Assembly (NCBI RefSeq): GCF_009914755.1
Contig: NC_060927.1
Length of the DNA stretch: 64,000 nt
From: the human T2T-CHM13v2.0 reference genome, Homo sapiens
Direction: 5' to 3' (one strand)
The first letter of the stretch is position 1. The number at the start of each line of letters is the position of its first letter. Below the pieces are notes generated by a model. It saw nothing but the letters and a program-made list of their open reading frames with translations, was not told the DNA's origin and did no database searches. Shown here piece by piece: positions 1 through 13,481 of this stretch. The translations under genes were made by a program, and so were the position numbers.

Positions 1-59
1 CAGGGCCAGTGAAGCAGATACTATCAATATGTTCTACTCTGTCACATTGAATTCCTTTA

Positions 60-450
60 TCATTTTGAGGCACACCAGAGTTCCTGATGTCTTTTCTCTC
101 TCAACACTCAGCACCTCAGCCTCTTTGTTGGAGGGCTGTCCTGAGACTGCTAGATTGTTCTCCTTGAGTGTGCAGTACTGGAAGTGCTTGGAGAAATCCT
201 TACCAGTGACTGACACACAGCAAGGTTTAAATGTTGTTCATTGAGACAACTGAGATGTGACTACACTGTTTTTAGATATCCCTGGCAGGATTGGGCCAAA
301 ATTCTCCTGAGATTTTGCTTTATATCCTACTTTTGCTTGTCTCCTTCTCCTCTCTGGTCCTAATTTTCCACTCTCCTATCCGTTATTTCTGGAAACACTT
401 TCACATGAATCCTTATTTCAGGGTTGCTTCTGGAGGACCTGACCTAAGAT
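60..450 (+). mobile_element. LTR16-like ERVL solo LTR remnant
   Basis: Motifs gagggctgtcctgagact, ggaagtgcttgg and ccagtgactgac, and the 3' terminus aatccttatttcagggttgcttctggaggacctgacctaaga, resemble the LTR16 family. The 5' boundary is approximate. Confidence 0.55.
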
Positions 451-1548
451 TGGCATCTTACTCAGTCCAGAAGGTCAGGGAAGACTTCTTGGAAGACATG
501 CCATCTAAAACAATGACTGATGGAGGAATGGAATCATCCAAGTGTACGGGGAGTGGATGGAAGACAAGAGCATTCTAGGTAGGTGAACAGGACAATTCAA
601 AGGCTCCTCCTGGAGAAGCCACAGTTGGATGCAGGTTATCTCTTTAGAATCCACCTTAATTTTCCATTTCAGCAAGTTTTATGGTGAGCTCACATTTTCT
701 TTAACCTTTATGTCCGTGATATAAAATTCCTGTTTTCTTATAATCAGCATTTATCAGGAGTCTTTTTTTAAAAAACAGAAAACAAAACGTATTTTTTCCT
801 CATTTACTAATAGATTCACTGCCTATAACAGTGTGAATAATGTGTTGGCCAAAGGAGAATGAGATAGCCCATTATACTTATTGATATAAATTATCCTTGA
901 TGAAGAAAGTCCATGTTCATCAATGCTGATATGACTGTGTCATCAATTTAATAGCTGAATGCTAAGGACCATTAAATTTATCACTATTTGCTATACCCTT
1001 ATTTATAATAGTGCCCAAGAGTAATATGTAATTAACTTCATGACTGATTGACAAAGTAAACTACAGGGTAATCAATCATATTGTATAAATGCTTGTCATT
1101 GGGCCACATGTGGAATATGGAGGTTGACTTGTGATGTTTCAGCACTTCCCTGTCTTGATTGTTGCTCTTGGCTGTTTAGATCTAAAGTCCCTATAAGTGT
1201 TGGACTTACTTATTTAAATAAGCTGGTTGCTACACCTTGAGATTCAGTCCAATCTTGCTGTCTAGCATGATCCTTAACCGATGTCCTTTGTGTGGGCATA
1301 TGGAGGACCTCTCCTTTCCTCTTGATCTAGAATGTCTTTTTTTTTTTTAGGTCTTCCCCATTCATAATTGTTTTCCTTTGCATACCAGCCCCTGCTTTCA
1401 CTTAGACTTTCTTCTGACATTTGTATTTAAAACTAGCAATTTGCACTCTCCTGCAATAGTTTCCCCTTACTGAAGTCATTTTGTAACTCTTCCTCCTCTC
1501 TCAGCTTGCCAGAAATGAGAAATGCCTATAAACTTCACCATGAGCAAG

Positions 1549-1608
1549 GATAAGTGAGCCCAAGTCACGACAAATAAGCCCAAGTCACGGTAAATGAGCC
1601 CAAGTCAG
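1549..1608. repeat. 3 x 20-bp tandem repeat
   Basis: gataagtgagcccaagtcac / gacaaataagcccaagtcac / ggtaaatgagcccaagtcag. Confidence 0.9.
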
Positions 1609-1770
1609 GTTTTCTCTCCAAGTATGGACTGTTTTGCAAAGCTTACAGTAACCCAGAAGGGTCAGCTTCTTTGCCTGTGATAGCTATTTGTAACTTTAGA
1701 AACTCCAGGTTTTGTGTGACCAAAAGGAAGACTAAGATAACTGTCATAATTCATTCCAGGAATAAAAATG

Positions 1771-2062
1771 GGCTGGGTGCAGTGGCTCATGCCTATAATC
1801 TCAGCACTTTGGGAGGCCAAGGCAGGCAGATCACTTGAGGTCAGGAGTTCAAGACCAGCCTGGCCAACATGGTGAAACCCCATGTCTACTAGAAATATGA
1901 AAATTAGCCAGGCGTGGTGGCGGGCACCTGTAATCCCAGCTACTCAGGAGGCTGAGGCAGGAGAATCACTTGAATCCAGGAGGTGGAGGTTGCAGTGAGC
2001 TGAGATTGAGCCACTGCACTTCAGCCTTGGCAACAGAGTGGGACTGTGTGTCAAAAAAAAAA
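1771..2062 (+). mobile_element. Alu, AluSx/Sz-type, full length
   Basis: Starts ggctgggtgcagtggctca; dimeric with A-rich linker; gatcacttgaggtcaggagttc; short A tail. Confidence 0.95.
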
Positions 2063-4495
2063 TACTAGTGTTTCTTTTGTGTGAATATTGAAGCTACTAT
2101 GCAATAATCTAACATGGTTGCACATGGCAATTGGGCCTCTGTGGTTAGGTAAGGTTTTCCCTGAAGTGAGGAGGCCTTAATTCACATATTTGTCATGGAA
2201 GAGGAGTCAGATCCATAGAGTGGTGAAAGAGAGAATCCTGTACCTCTCTCTTGGCATCTCTCTCTTAGATCTAGACTAGGATGGCAAATACCGGGCACAG
2301 GCATTATCATTCATCCCCCGATTACTCCCTCTTTATCCTCTTATCTTCATCCATGCAAGACATCACTAATCCATCATATAATTTCCTCACTGAGCTGAGA
2401 TAAAACCTACGTTAGACTCCTCCTCAATCCAGCATAGCAGTTAGTTGTTGTCTATTGATCACAGCTGAAAAATAAAATTAAAACCTATTTCCTATTGTTG
2501 GTCTCCAGTCTGCTGAGTCAGGAGGCATGTATGTCTAGAACACACTGATGGTAGCATGTGTGCTAGGAGGAAAAGAACTACCTGAATGTCATTACCTTAG
2601 TCAATGCTGCAGAACTGCAAGCCCTGAAGAGGAAGTCGTATCTTGTAAACAAGATCATTCTAGTTTCATACAACTCCTAGATTTATTTTCTCTGTGTTAT
2701 CTTCTGTCTTTCAGAGACATTTGGTTTGAATGATCTGGTCTTGTCACAGCTTGGCCACAGAGTACCCAGAGGAGTCCATGGTTGGGTCAGAGTTAAGTGG
2801 GAAGTTGAGTTACCTTGAAAACAGAGTACATCTGAGGCTGCTAATTAGTGAATAGTTTTAGCAATTCCAGGTTCTATAGTTGAGCTTCTTTTTCTTACCA
2901 GAGGTTCTTCCTCCTACTGACAACCTTAGTGAGCCTAAGTGAGATTACCATCTCATCTCTGTTTTTCACAAAACCATACATTTTTCATGGCAAGTCCTTC
3001 TAGTTTCTTGTGGCTTCACTAAAGCCCCAAGATCAGGTAGCAGGTACCAAAGTCTTCTGATGACTCAAGACCCCAACATCCTATGGATAAAATGGTGATG
3101 ATTTTCTCAGCATGAGTTTCCAAGAGAGCCACAGGAATCTTGCCTTCTTTTCTTTCTGTCTTTACCTAGAAGTTTAGTTTTTATGATGCTCTCTGCAGCT
3201 TTGATCTATAAAGAGGGGAAAATTGGCAAATATGAGCCTTGCAAAACGTTGTTCATATTTGCAAATAACTACCTTGGCAGGCAGGTATGTGCTCTGTAAA
3301 CCTAAGTATTGCTTTGGCATGTGAGTCAAAAGGGAATTTGTAAGCAACCTTTAGGCAGCTGGTCTTGGAGAATACAGCTTGGCCTGTAACCTAGTTCAGC
3401 TGAAAAATTTGGACACCTCATCACTGCTAAACAGACCATCACTCCCCTTTGTGTCTTTCTGGTCATGTACAGGTCATTTATTTGGCAGGTTCTGTCTAAC
3501 TCCATTAATTGATGGCATCCAATTCATCCTTTGGCCCTGAGTCAGGATTCTACAAGATATTTTTTTAAGCCCAAACATCATTCCAACCAAAAAAAGGGGT
3601 ACCAAAGAACAGTATTTAAGATGTATTTTTAAACTTAATTAAGAGTTTGGTGGATTGTCATTTGGCCCAGTGGCTGGCCTGGCACTTGTTTGGATTCCTC
3701 ACCAGCCCCGCATAGAGAAACATGAATCCACCTTTAGGCAAATGAGTTGTCTTGAGGATTTTATTGGTTTGTAGCCCAAGTCAGTGGGTAAGGGGTGGAT
3801 CAAAAGGCAGAGAAATAAAAGACAGTGAGACTTACTGTGAAGGTATAGAATCCATTCTGCACATGTCTATACTATTGTTTTGTGATCTCATTCATTAAAC
3901 CCAACATGTCCCCAGCATGTGCTCAGTAGGCTGTTAGGAAACATACTATGTACAAATGAGTTTAAAATCATGGTCACTGCCCTCAAGAAACCTGTCAAAC
4001 AGCAGAGAAGATAAATATATGCTGGAAGAAGGTGAAAACCAAAGTGAAATTATGTGATAACTTACTAGGAACTGCAGAGAAAGGTTTGAGTGAAAGCAAA
4101 GGAGAGGGGTGATTTGTTGTGCATCCTTATTGGACATGAGAACAGTGTCTGATACTCATGTGTCTCTTTAACTTGTGCCAGGAAAAAAAGTAGGTGTTTA
4201 ATAAATGCTTAATGGATGTAATTGAGAGACAATATAGACCATTTCCTGTAGGGAGTCGTTTTTGAAGTAGGTCTGAAAGGAAATTTGGACTTGGGGTTGA
4301 CAGAAGAAGTAGGAGAAAATTCTATGTAGGAAACTGAAGGAGATTAGACATGAGGTGGGGTCAGGGGCAGCCTGCTGAAGCAGAAGGGAAGGACAGAGAA
4401 TGGTGAAAAAGAACCAATGTATATGGCATTCATCCTTAGGTAGGGCTTCCTCCCAGATTTGACCCTCACTCAGAACTAACTAGAGATACAATAGT

Positions 4496-4580
4496 TACCT
4501 TGTTCTTAATACTTGTTCTTAATGTCTTAATACCTTGTTCAAGATGTCTTAATATCTTGTTTTTAATACTCTTGTTCTTA
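4496..4580. repeat. Degenerate tandem repeat of a cttgttcttaata-like unit
   Basis: About 6 imperfect copies of cttgttcttaata / tgtcttaata. Confidence 0.7.
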
Positions 4581-4664
4581 GCCAAGTTATGGGTATACTG
4601 CATTGTTCTCAGGGAAAATAGAGTCTCCCTGGGGTCTTAGGAAGCTCACACAAGTATCCTAGAT

Positions 4665-4845
4665 CACTATTCTTAAACTTTAGTATGCACATAAATCACC
4701 TGGGGGGCTTGTTAAAACACAGATTTCTGGACCCACCCACAAAGTTTGTGATTCAGTAAGTTTGGGGTAAGGCCTGAGGATCTGCATTTTGAACAATCTC
4801 AGATGACGATATGCTATTCCTAGGACCATGGTTTGAGAACCACTG
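4665..4845 (-). mobile_element. MER5A (hAT-Charlie MITE)
   Basis: aatcacctggggggcttgttaaaacacagat ... tttgagaaccactg; 8-bp TSD tcctagat/tcttagat. Confidence 0.9.
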
Positions 4846-5431
4846 TCTTAGATAAATATACAGTTTCCTTTCCCTCATATTTGCACTGTTTACCAAGACA
4901 TGGAGAGAATCAAATACCGTAAGATTGCTGTGATGAGCAGAGCCTTTAACACTGTTGTAAATACAGTTTAGGTCTCCAGCTCATAGAAAAGCCCTGGTCT
5001 CATGGAATGTATCTAAAGCACTCAGTTCTGCAATAGATTATCACAGAAAATAATACCATAGCAATACCATTAGTTAAATAAAATGCAACCTTGAACGTGT
5101 GTACTTCATTCTAACAGATGATGCTTAGAAGTTATGCCACCACTACACTTTGATAAAGTAAATTGTATTTTAACACATTAGGAACCTCACTAATTGAAGA
5201 ACCCTTAGTCAATGAATAATAGAGTGGTATAGAATGAATTGTAAAATAATAACATGGTACATAAAAGTGTTCTTAAAACCTTTGTTTATGTGCTTTTTGA
5301 GTTGGAATTTATTTTTATAGATCATAAGTTTTTTATAGGAAGAGAAGTTTGGTTTATATAGGCATCTCAGGCTCTATTATGACACTGACTTTGAACACTT
5401 TACTGGGCAGTCTAGGCTTTAGAACATCTGC

Positions 5432-5559
5432 ATGCCCATAATCCCAGCTACTCAGGAGGCTGAGAGGCAGCAGAATTGCTTGAACCTTGGAGGTGGAGGT
5501 TGCGGTGAGCTGAGATGGCGCCACTGCACTCCAGCCTGGGCAACAAGAGCAAAACCCCA

Positions 5560-5614
<55 letters not shown>

Positions 5615-5632
5615 CACACACACACACACAAA
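5432..5632 (+). mobile_element. 5'-truncated Alu (right arm only, AluSp-like) with (CT)n(CA)n tail
   Basis: gttgcggtgagc and ggcaacaagagc diagnostics; TSD agaacatctgc (5421-5431) / agaacatttgc (5633-5643). Confidence 0.9.
5561..5630. repeat. Compound microsatellite (CT)5(CA)~30
   Basis: Direct reading; one cg interruption. Confidence 0.98.
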
Positions 5633-7059
5633 AGAACATTTGCTACTCCACCCCCGCCACAGCCCCCTTCTGAGGGTTTCTCTCCATATAACTTGCTATA
5701 ATGGTATCTCATGCCCATGCTCCCCTGGCCACAGATGAAAGACGAGAAATGGGTACCTTGTTTAAGGACAACCAAGCTGTACATTGACCAGAGCCTATGA
5801 GGTGACTTGATGTAGAAGTTTTACTCATCATAAACAATGGAGACTAACTGAAACAATCAGAACTTGAGACAGAGAAAAAGAATAAAGCAGTTAGCTGTGG
5901 GAGTAGGAGCAAGAGAATAGTGAAAACAATGTGATAGCTGAGTTGCCATAATGGTATAGCATGAGAATAAATGCGAACCTCTGCTGCCTAGGAGGTTAAC
6001 CAGATGACCCAGTTGTTAGGGCTGCTCTGAGTTCTGAAAGATTTTTCTGAGTCTTGAGCTATTTAATAAGGACTGTGAGCCCTGGCTGTTCAGCTCTTCC
6101 AGAAATCCTGGGAGTGTGGCCAGATTTCCTGTCTTTCCAATTTTTTCAGGTGAATTCTTGCAAAATCTTCCCAAACTAGAGGTAACCCAAATTCCTCTGG
6201 ATAAAAATAGCCTAAGCAACATAAACTCCTATGAAAAGTTCCTAGTGACAGATTTGGCACACAGGTGATGCTTCTTGGTCCCATTACCCTCAAACCTTCA
6301 TTTCAGGTCTCTGAGCTAAGGTTTTCTGTGTGCTGAATTGGTATAGTATTTCTCTCCTCCTCTTGTTGATCCCTCCCAACCAATGAATCAGTATGGTAAA
6401 ATCTGTACAGCTTCGAATTAATCAGAACTGAAGGCACATAAAAATGCAAGGAATTAAAGAACAGACAGAACATAAAAGAAAAAGGTATAGAGTGAGAGTC
6501 AAAGAGATCAGCTCTCACCACAAAGGAAAGCTCAAAGCCTTTGATGAACTGCACCTATAAATAACTATGAGCTCTGGCAATCCCTGTAAGGCTTTGGCCA
6601 AATGGTTCAGGTCCATCGGGGATAATGAGGGCTAGGGACATGCTGCTAACAAGCACAGCTGTAACATAGGCTAGAGGACAATGTGCTTCTGATTGTCACT
6701 TGTATGATGTAGATTTATAGGACCTGAGCTCTGTTCTGATGAATGCCCCAAGGAAGCTGGTATTCTTTGATTCATTAAACGGGAACTTACCTTGCCTTTT
6801 CTCTATTTGGTCTTAGGAATCATATCTTAGGTTAAGTGGTAATTTGGAGATCATTCCACTCTTACCCTCTAATTTTAAGGATCAGAAAACTAAGGTTGTG
6901 GAAGGGGAGATTACTTAACCAACACCACACAATTTATTCATGGTAGTATTGCTTTTAAAGCCTTGCTCTACCTGCTCTTAGCTCAGATGCAGTAAAAAAT
7001 TCATCTTACTGACTTATTCAGTCACTTATTTTGTGGGGCTGTTTCTAATAGCTCTAATG

Positions 7060-7210
7060 CTGTCACATCCCTTTCTTATTTGATCCCCCCAACAACCCAG
7101 GCAGATGGGTAGAGATCTTTTCATTTTACAGGTGAAGAAGCTAAAGATCGGAGGTGAGGCCTCTTTTTTGGAAACTCAGATACTCTGATTTCTAATACAG
7201 ACGCCTTTTC
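7060..7210 (-). mobile_element. MIR fragment
   Basis: MIR core-like cattttacaggtgaagaagctaaag preceded by tttgatcccccaacaaccc. Confidence 0.6.
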
Positions 7211-7589
7211 AATAAATAATTTATTTGAAAACAATGTGTAGACTAAAATTTTCAATAGAAATGCTGATCTTTATCATAACCCTCACTTTCTTCCCATGCC
7301 ACACTCCCTGTGCTATAGCAGAGGCCCATCCTTAAGGACAAAGTCTTTTTTGTATCTTCAGTTTTCTGCACAACATGTTGCTATTATAGGAATTCTCCTC
7401 AAATTAAGTCATAATTTCCACTGGGTTATATACGGGTTCCATTTGGAAGGTGGGAACTTTCTTTATTTCCAACAAACCATTTTCTCCATGGAGTGAAAGA
7501 CTTTAATTCTGAGTCTTTGCTTGGTCACTGTGACCATTTTCTTCAGAGGGTTCTGTTTGACACCAATATTAACTCACCATCAGTCAAGT

Positions 7590-7730
7590 CATTCATTCAT
7601 TCATTAATTTCTTCATTCATACATACTCCATTTCCAGAGCAGATGTGTGACAGATACTGTGCTAAATGCTGAAGACACACAGATAACAAGATGTGGTACC
7701 TGTTTTCCAGAAACTTACAATTTAGTGTGT
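7590..7730 (-). mobile_element. L2 3' end fragment
   Basis: (attc)n tail followed by tactgtgctaaatgctgaagacac ... cttacaatttagt. Confidence 0.6.
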
Positions 7731-7932
7731 ATGGGGAGGTGAGCTCAGGGTATGGGAGACATCACTTTGGAACTGGGTATAAGATAACTACTGGAGATAC
7801 AGGGAATGTCTCAAGAAATTCCTAGTGGGAGACTTTGGCTGACTACCCAAGGTGTGGGGGAGTGAATACTGGGGTAGTTTGGGAAGGCAGAGGCAGCTGT
7901 AAAAGCATAGAAAGGGATGCTTAACTCATTTT

Positions 7933-8148
7933 AAATGTATTTTTAATTGACAAATAATAATTGTGTACATTTAGGAGGTATATTGTGATAGTTTGATCTA
8001 TGTATACATTGTAGAAAGACTCAATCAAGCTAAGCAACATATTCATCACCTCACCAACTTATGACTTTTTTGTGGGGAGAATATTACAAATCTATTCTTT
8101 TAGCAATTTTGAAGTATACAACACATTATTATTATTAACTGTGGACAC
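7933..8148 (-). mobile_element. L1MA (L1MA8/9-like) 3' end, 5'-truncated
   Basis: tttttaattgacaaataataattgt ... tcaagctaagcaacatattcatcacctcac; perfect 10-bp TSD aactcatttt at 7923-7932 and 8149-8158. Confidence 0.85.
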
Positions 8149-10174
8149 AACTCATTTTCTTGCTTACTATCCTTTGGGCTACTGGAAATTGTATTAGTCC
8201 TTCAGTTTTCTACCTGTATGTTCCACAGTATCGGGGCTTTCTTGCAGCATTTCTAGGATATTTATGGAAAGAAAGTACAGTTTAAGGTAGAATGTGTTTT
8301 CTCTGCATTTGTTCTGATCTCCCAGAAACCTGTTCCATTACCACTCAAGATTAGGTGTTCAAGCCTGAAGTATTTGTTAGAGAAGGCATTTCACAATGCC
8401 TGGCATATCAATCAAAGCCATGTGTGTTCATACAGCATACACTGTTGAGGTGGGAGAAGCAGAGGTCCCCATTCCCAAGGAGAGAGACAGCATTGGCCCA
8501 TGACTACCGGCTGACTGAACACCATAGAGTGGTTCATATTTAAAGGCTTGTGTGTAACCCAAGGTTTAAGGACAACCTGTATTCCTGGGGTGTTAGTCTA
8601 GGGATATTGTGGAAGGTTTTATGGAAAGCAATATGATGTGAGCTTTGAAGAACAGTGTGGCAGGTGAACAGGTAAAAAGCATTGTGGACAAACTTGTAAA
8701 GTTGTTGCCCATAGAGTAGGAGGAAAATGACCTGGTCAAGCAGAGAGCTTGCAAGGGAGCAATTGTTGGGGAAGGGGATATGATTGTAGGTAAAATAGGG
8801 AGGCAGATAAGGATATCTAGTTTGAAGACCTTAGGAAAGGAAAATCACAAAGGACTGGAAAAAGCCTAAATCCCCATGATGGTGTACAAGGTCTCACATG
8901 ATTAAGCCCACCATTTTCTTGTGAATGAGAGGAAGCTGTGTAGCAGGGAGAGCTCTGAAAGCCTGTGTAATTACACGATGAAGCTGACAACTGGACAAAT
9001 AGGGAAGGTCCTGGCACAGGACTTAGACAAGTGTTTCTGGTTGTCTTTCTGTGACATTTGCAGAGTCAGTCAGCATCCCTCAGCTGTAAAAACTATAATA
9101 TGACAGGTATTATAATATAGGGAGAGACATGAAGGGCGGTAAGAGAAGATAATTCACAATTATTGAACTCTGGGCTTTGTGTGCGGTGAAATGCACACAC
9201 GATTCCATTCAACTCTCCAACCAATGAACTCTTCATTTTACAGGATCAGAGTAGCTAAGTAACTTTTCCAAGTTCATTGGCTTGAAAAATGTTTGTTCAA
9301 ACAAAGGTGTGCCTGATTTCTAAGCCCGTCCTATTTCATCATGTCAGTTTTGCCCATCCTAGCCTAATAATAAGAGTCACTTTGGCGTATTTATTACACA
9401 CTTAGATTCCAAAGCCCTTGCCAAGACTTAGAATAAGAATTTTAAGTGAGGTGCCTAGGAATCTGCATGTTTAATATACACCCTAAATGGTTAATACGAT
9501 CAAGTCATTTTGGGGAATCCCTGCAATGTGTCACACTGCCTTGAGAAAAGGCATAAGGTTAGAGAGGAAAGGGGAGGGATGGAAAGAGATTAAGGAGGTA
9601 GAATTGACAGGACTTGACTGATTGCAGGAGAAGTGAAGCCTTCAGTCTCTGATTAGCATTTCTGTCTGAAGTTTTGTAAGCGTAAACCCCTGCCTAGCAA
9701 CAAAATCCTCCTCTAATTGGGCAAAAGTAGTGAGTGGCCATTCTGCCAGGCTCTCTCGGGTGTGAGCATCCCAGGAGAGTTTTAGCCAGGACACAGCAGC
9801 ATGCTAGTGTGCTGCTCTGGTTGCATATGTTGGAGATGATTTTCATAACACTCATAGGTAAAAAGAAATGTAAAAGGTTTCTGGGAGAGAAGCCAACTAT
9901 CATGTTCCTGTTTTCAGAACACAAAAATTGCTGTAATTGTTTGGTTAATTTAAAAAATAATGATGATGTATTGCAAGAAAATGATTTAAGGAGAGAGTTT
10001 CTTGGAGCAAGAAGTGATGTTAAGTGTTTAAAGGTTTTAAATTGACAAACTAGGCTACGGTAAATCCTTTTACTTTTGGAATAGTGAGCCATTTTCCTTG
10101 AGCTCTTTGGGTCCTGAGTTACTCACCATGTTCAGCATAGATAAATGCTTTTTGTCCTTCAGTGAAGACACGGC

Positions 10175-10659
10175 TGATGGTAGGCAGAATAATGGTTCCT
10201 CAAGTATGTCCATACCCTTATCCCTGGGACCTGTGGATATGTTACTTTAAATAGCAAAAAGAACTTAACAAATGTAATTAAGTATTTTGAGACAAGAATA
10301 GAAGCCCAGATTATCCAGGTGGGCCCAATATAATTACAAGAGTCCTTATAATAGAGGGCAGGTGAGTAAGAATCAAAGAAAGAGATGCAATAATGGAAGC
10401 AGAGGTCAGGGTGCTGTGATTGCTAGAAGGGGGTCACAGGCTAAGAAACGCAGGTAGCCTCTAGCAGCTGGAAAAGTAACAGCAAATGATTCTTTCCTAG
10501 AGTCTCCAGAGGAATGCAGCTCTGCTGACATCTGTTTTAGCCTAGAGAGACTAATTTTGGGTTTCTAATATCCAGAACTATAAGATAATACATTTTCATT
10601 GCTTTAAGCCACCAATTTTGTGGTAATTTTGTTACAGTAGCAATAGGAAACTCATAACA
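10175..10659 (+). mobile_element. MLT1D-like MaLR solo LTR
   Basis: Begins tg(a)tggtaggcagaataatgg; contains gattatccaggtgggcccaat; ends tttgttacagtagcaataggaaactcataaca. Confidence 0.88.
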
Positions 10660-10873
10660 CCATCATCAAGTGGTTTTTGTCTGTTATTTCCATGATGAGT
10701 AGGAAGGCTCTTGTATCCAAGAGGGATCCTTAGCAAAAACCAGCATGGAGGCAAAACTAAGACCCAAGTTCAAAGTTGATTGTTTTGACCTTGACTTAGC
10801 ACGCATTTCTGGGTGAATAAGCCCTAATGTCTTCCTTTGACTCTGAGACCCATGGAGTTTCCGTTCCTTATAA

Positions 10874-11224
<351 letters not shown>

Positions 11225-11403
11225 CTCTCTTACTTCTCTTAATGCTACCATGTCAGATATCCTCTAGGCCATTATCCCTCAGATACTGCAGGTTTTAGGG
11301 CCAGCTTTGGAGAATCTTCCCCATGAAACTTGTAGTCCATAAATCCTATTCTGAGGAAATTACAATAATGTTTCCTAAAAATTATGCCATTAAATGGAAT
11401 GTA

Positions 11404-11745
<342 letters not shown>

Positions 11746-13334
11746 TTAGCTGTCACATTCCAATGTGTCTTTCCCTAATTGTAATCAATCAGCTTCTTAA
11801 GCCCATGTCTCCTGAGTCTCTGTAACTCAGAGACGGTTTATTATTTGTAAGCATTGGCCTCATATAAGGATAGACCACTGGCTGTGGTCTCTTGTCTGGT
11901 TTCATCACTCTTGGGAACCTCCTTTTACCTCACTTATTTACTCCCAATTTTGATTTTAGGAAATGGAGTTAATCCCCTGCTGTAAACATGGTTTCATTTG
12001 CTATACTACACTAGGAAGAATGGCAACTTAAGTTTGCTCAGTTATCAATAAATTAGAATGTTGATTACTCACACATGATCTTAAGATTGTTATACTATGA
12101 AACATATTGTGAATCCTATCCTAAAGTGTCGCTCATTTAAAAGTCTTGAAGGCCATCTCCTAGACTTAATAAACATGAACAGATGTAGGTTGACAGTCAG
12201 TAGCTGAGAGAGACATACTGAAGCAGAGCAGGCATTCAATGTGAAACAGTCTAGGAGCTACAGATACATCCTGGAAAACTTGTTTAATATATGGGTGCCT
12301 AATTCTAGGAATATATATGCAACACCTGCTTATGGGAAAAAGTCTGTGTTGGCTTCTATGTATATGCACAGTGGGGAACAGTCCTATAATATAGGGAAGG
12401 GGGAAATAATTGACAGGAGAGGGTGGACACTTACAGCAGGTCAAAAATGGTTGTCCTCTGCACAGTGGCAAGAGGGAGATAGCTGCAAGGCCCATACTGA
12501 AATCAAAGAGATCTGCCTCCACAGGAGTTTGCCGCTGTCCGTGATTCTGAAAGTACTGCCCTAGAACACAGAAGTTTATCATAGCTTAAGTTGGGTTTCA
12601 TCACTTTTTGTTGTTGCTGTTGTTGTTCTGTTGCTTGGTAGCCGCATCAATAGGTGTCTAGAAGAGACAGAAGCATGATGCAAATTTTCCTTAAATGGAG
12701 ACCAAATGCTATAGTTCATAGAGGACGGTAAGTACAAGGACAGAGGAGGGGCCAGGTATTTAATTGGAGACTACAAAGAGTTAATATGATAATTCTGTCT
12801 GCGATGTCTATAAAGTCCCCATTTCTACCTTTTGCTACACCATCAATTCTATTTTTATATCATCTTTTTATGTCACTAAACTCTACTGTAGTGACATACT
12901 TAAACTGAAAAAAAAGAAACCCTGAACTTTTATTTTTATGCAACAAGACAGATGGAGTGTGCTGAAATGAAATCCTTCATTGGGTGATGATTTTTGTTCA
13001 GGTTATGAAAACTTGTGATGGCTCCTGTGAGTAAACAATTTTAAATGTTCTATCTCCCCTCCCTCCTCAAAAATAAAAAAATCTTGATGTGCAATTCTGA
13101 GCTACCCAGGTCTCCTCTTGCTGGGCTAGGAGCTGTCAGCAGTCACAAGAGAGTTTCTCAAATCACTCCTCTCAAGAACTGTCATTCTTGACTAGACTTC
13201 ACCTCCTTACTCCTGGCAGGTGCTTCTTTATTTCTACTTGCAGTCCTCCCTCCTGAAATTGATTTATGCCTTAACAAAAAGCTAGTTCAAGCTTCTGTGT
13301 CAAGGCTGTTGTTATTCAAATCCTGGTGTGGAGC

Positions 13335-13481
13335 AGTGTGATCTGTGGATCAGCAGCATAGCGGTCACAACTGTGTTAAAATGCATATTCCCAAGTTGCA
13401 TCCCAGACTTATTGAACCAAAATCTGCATTTAAACAAAATCCCCAGGTGGTTTTATGCATATTAAAGTTTAAGAAGCACTG
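13335..13481 (+). mobile_element. MER5A1-like hAT MITE
   Basis: ggatcagcagcat ... aatctgcatttaaacaaaatccccaggtg ... attaaagtttaagaagcactg. Confidence 0.75.

Noticed and set aside
1549-1608. CRISPR-like repeat appearance
   Set aside because: Eukaryotic context, only 3 units, the inter-core segments are related to each other, and there are no cas genes.
2511-2520. TGCTGAGTCA (NF-E2/Maf/AP-1-type motif)
   Set aside because: A single 10-mer has an appreciable chance of occurring in 64 kb; no supporting context.
5354-5784. ORFs with HT/CV dipeptide runs, and the many Alu-type ORFs elsewhere
   Set aside because: Translations of (CA)n and Alu sequence; well-known artefacts.
9694-10092. 132-aa (-) and 103-aa (+) ORFs
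   Set aside because: No protein-like motifs; composition simply mirrors AT-rich DNA.
12166-12582. Overlapping 138-aa (-) and 107-aa (+) ORFs in apparently unique sequence
   Set aside because: No recognisable domain, non-ATG starts, and no convincing splice or promoter context; lengths are attainable by chance.
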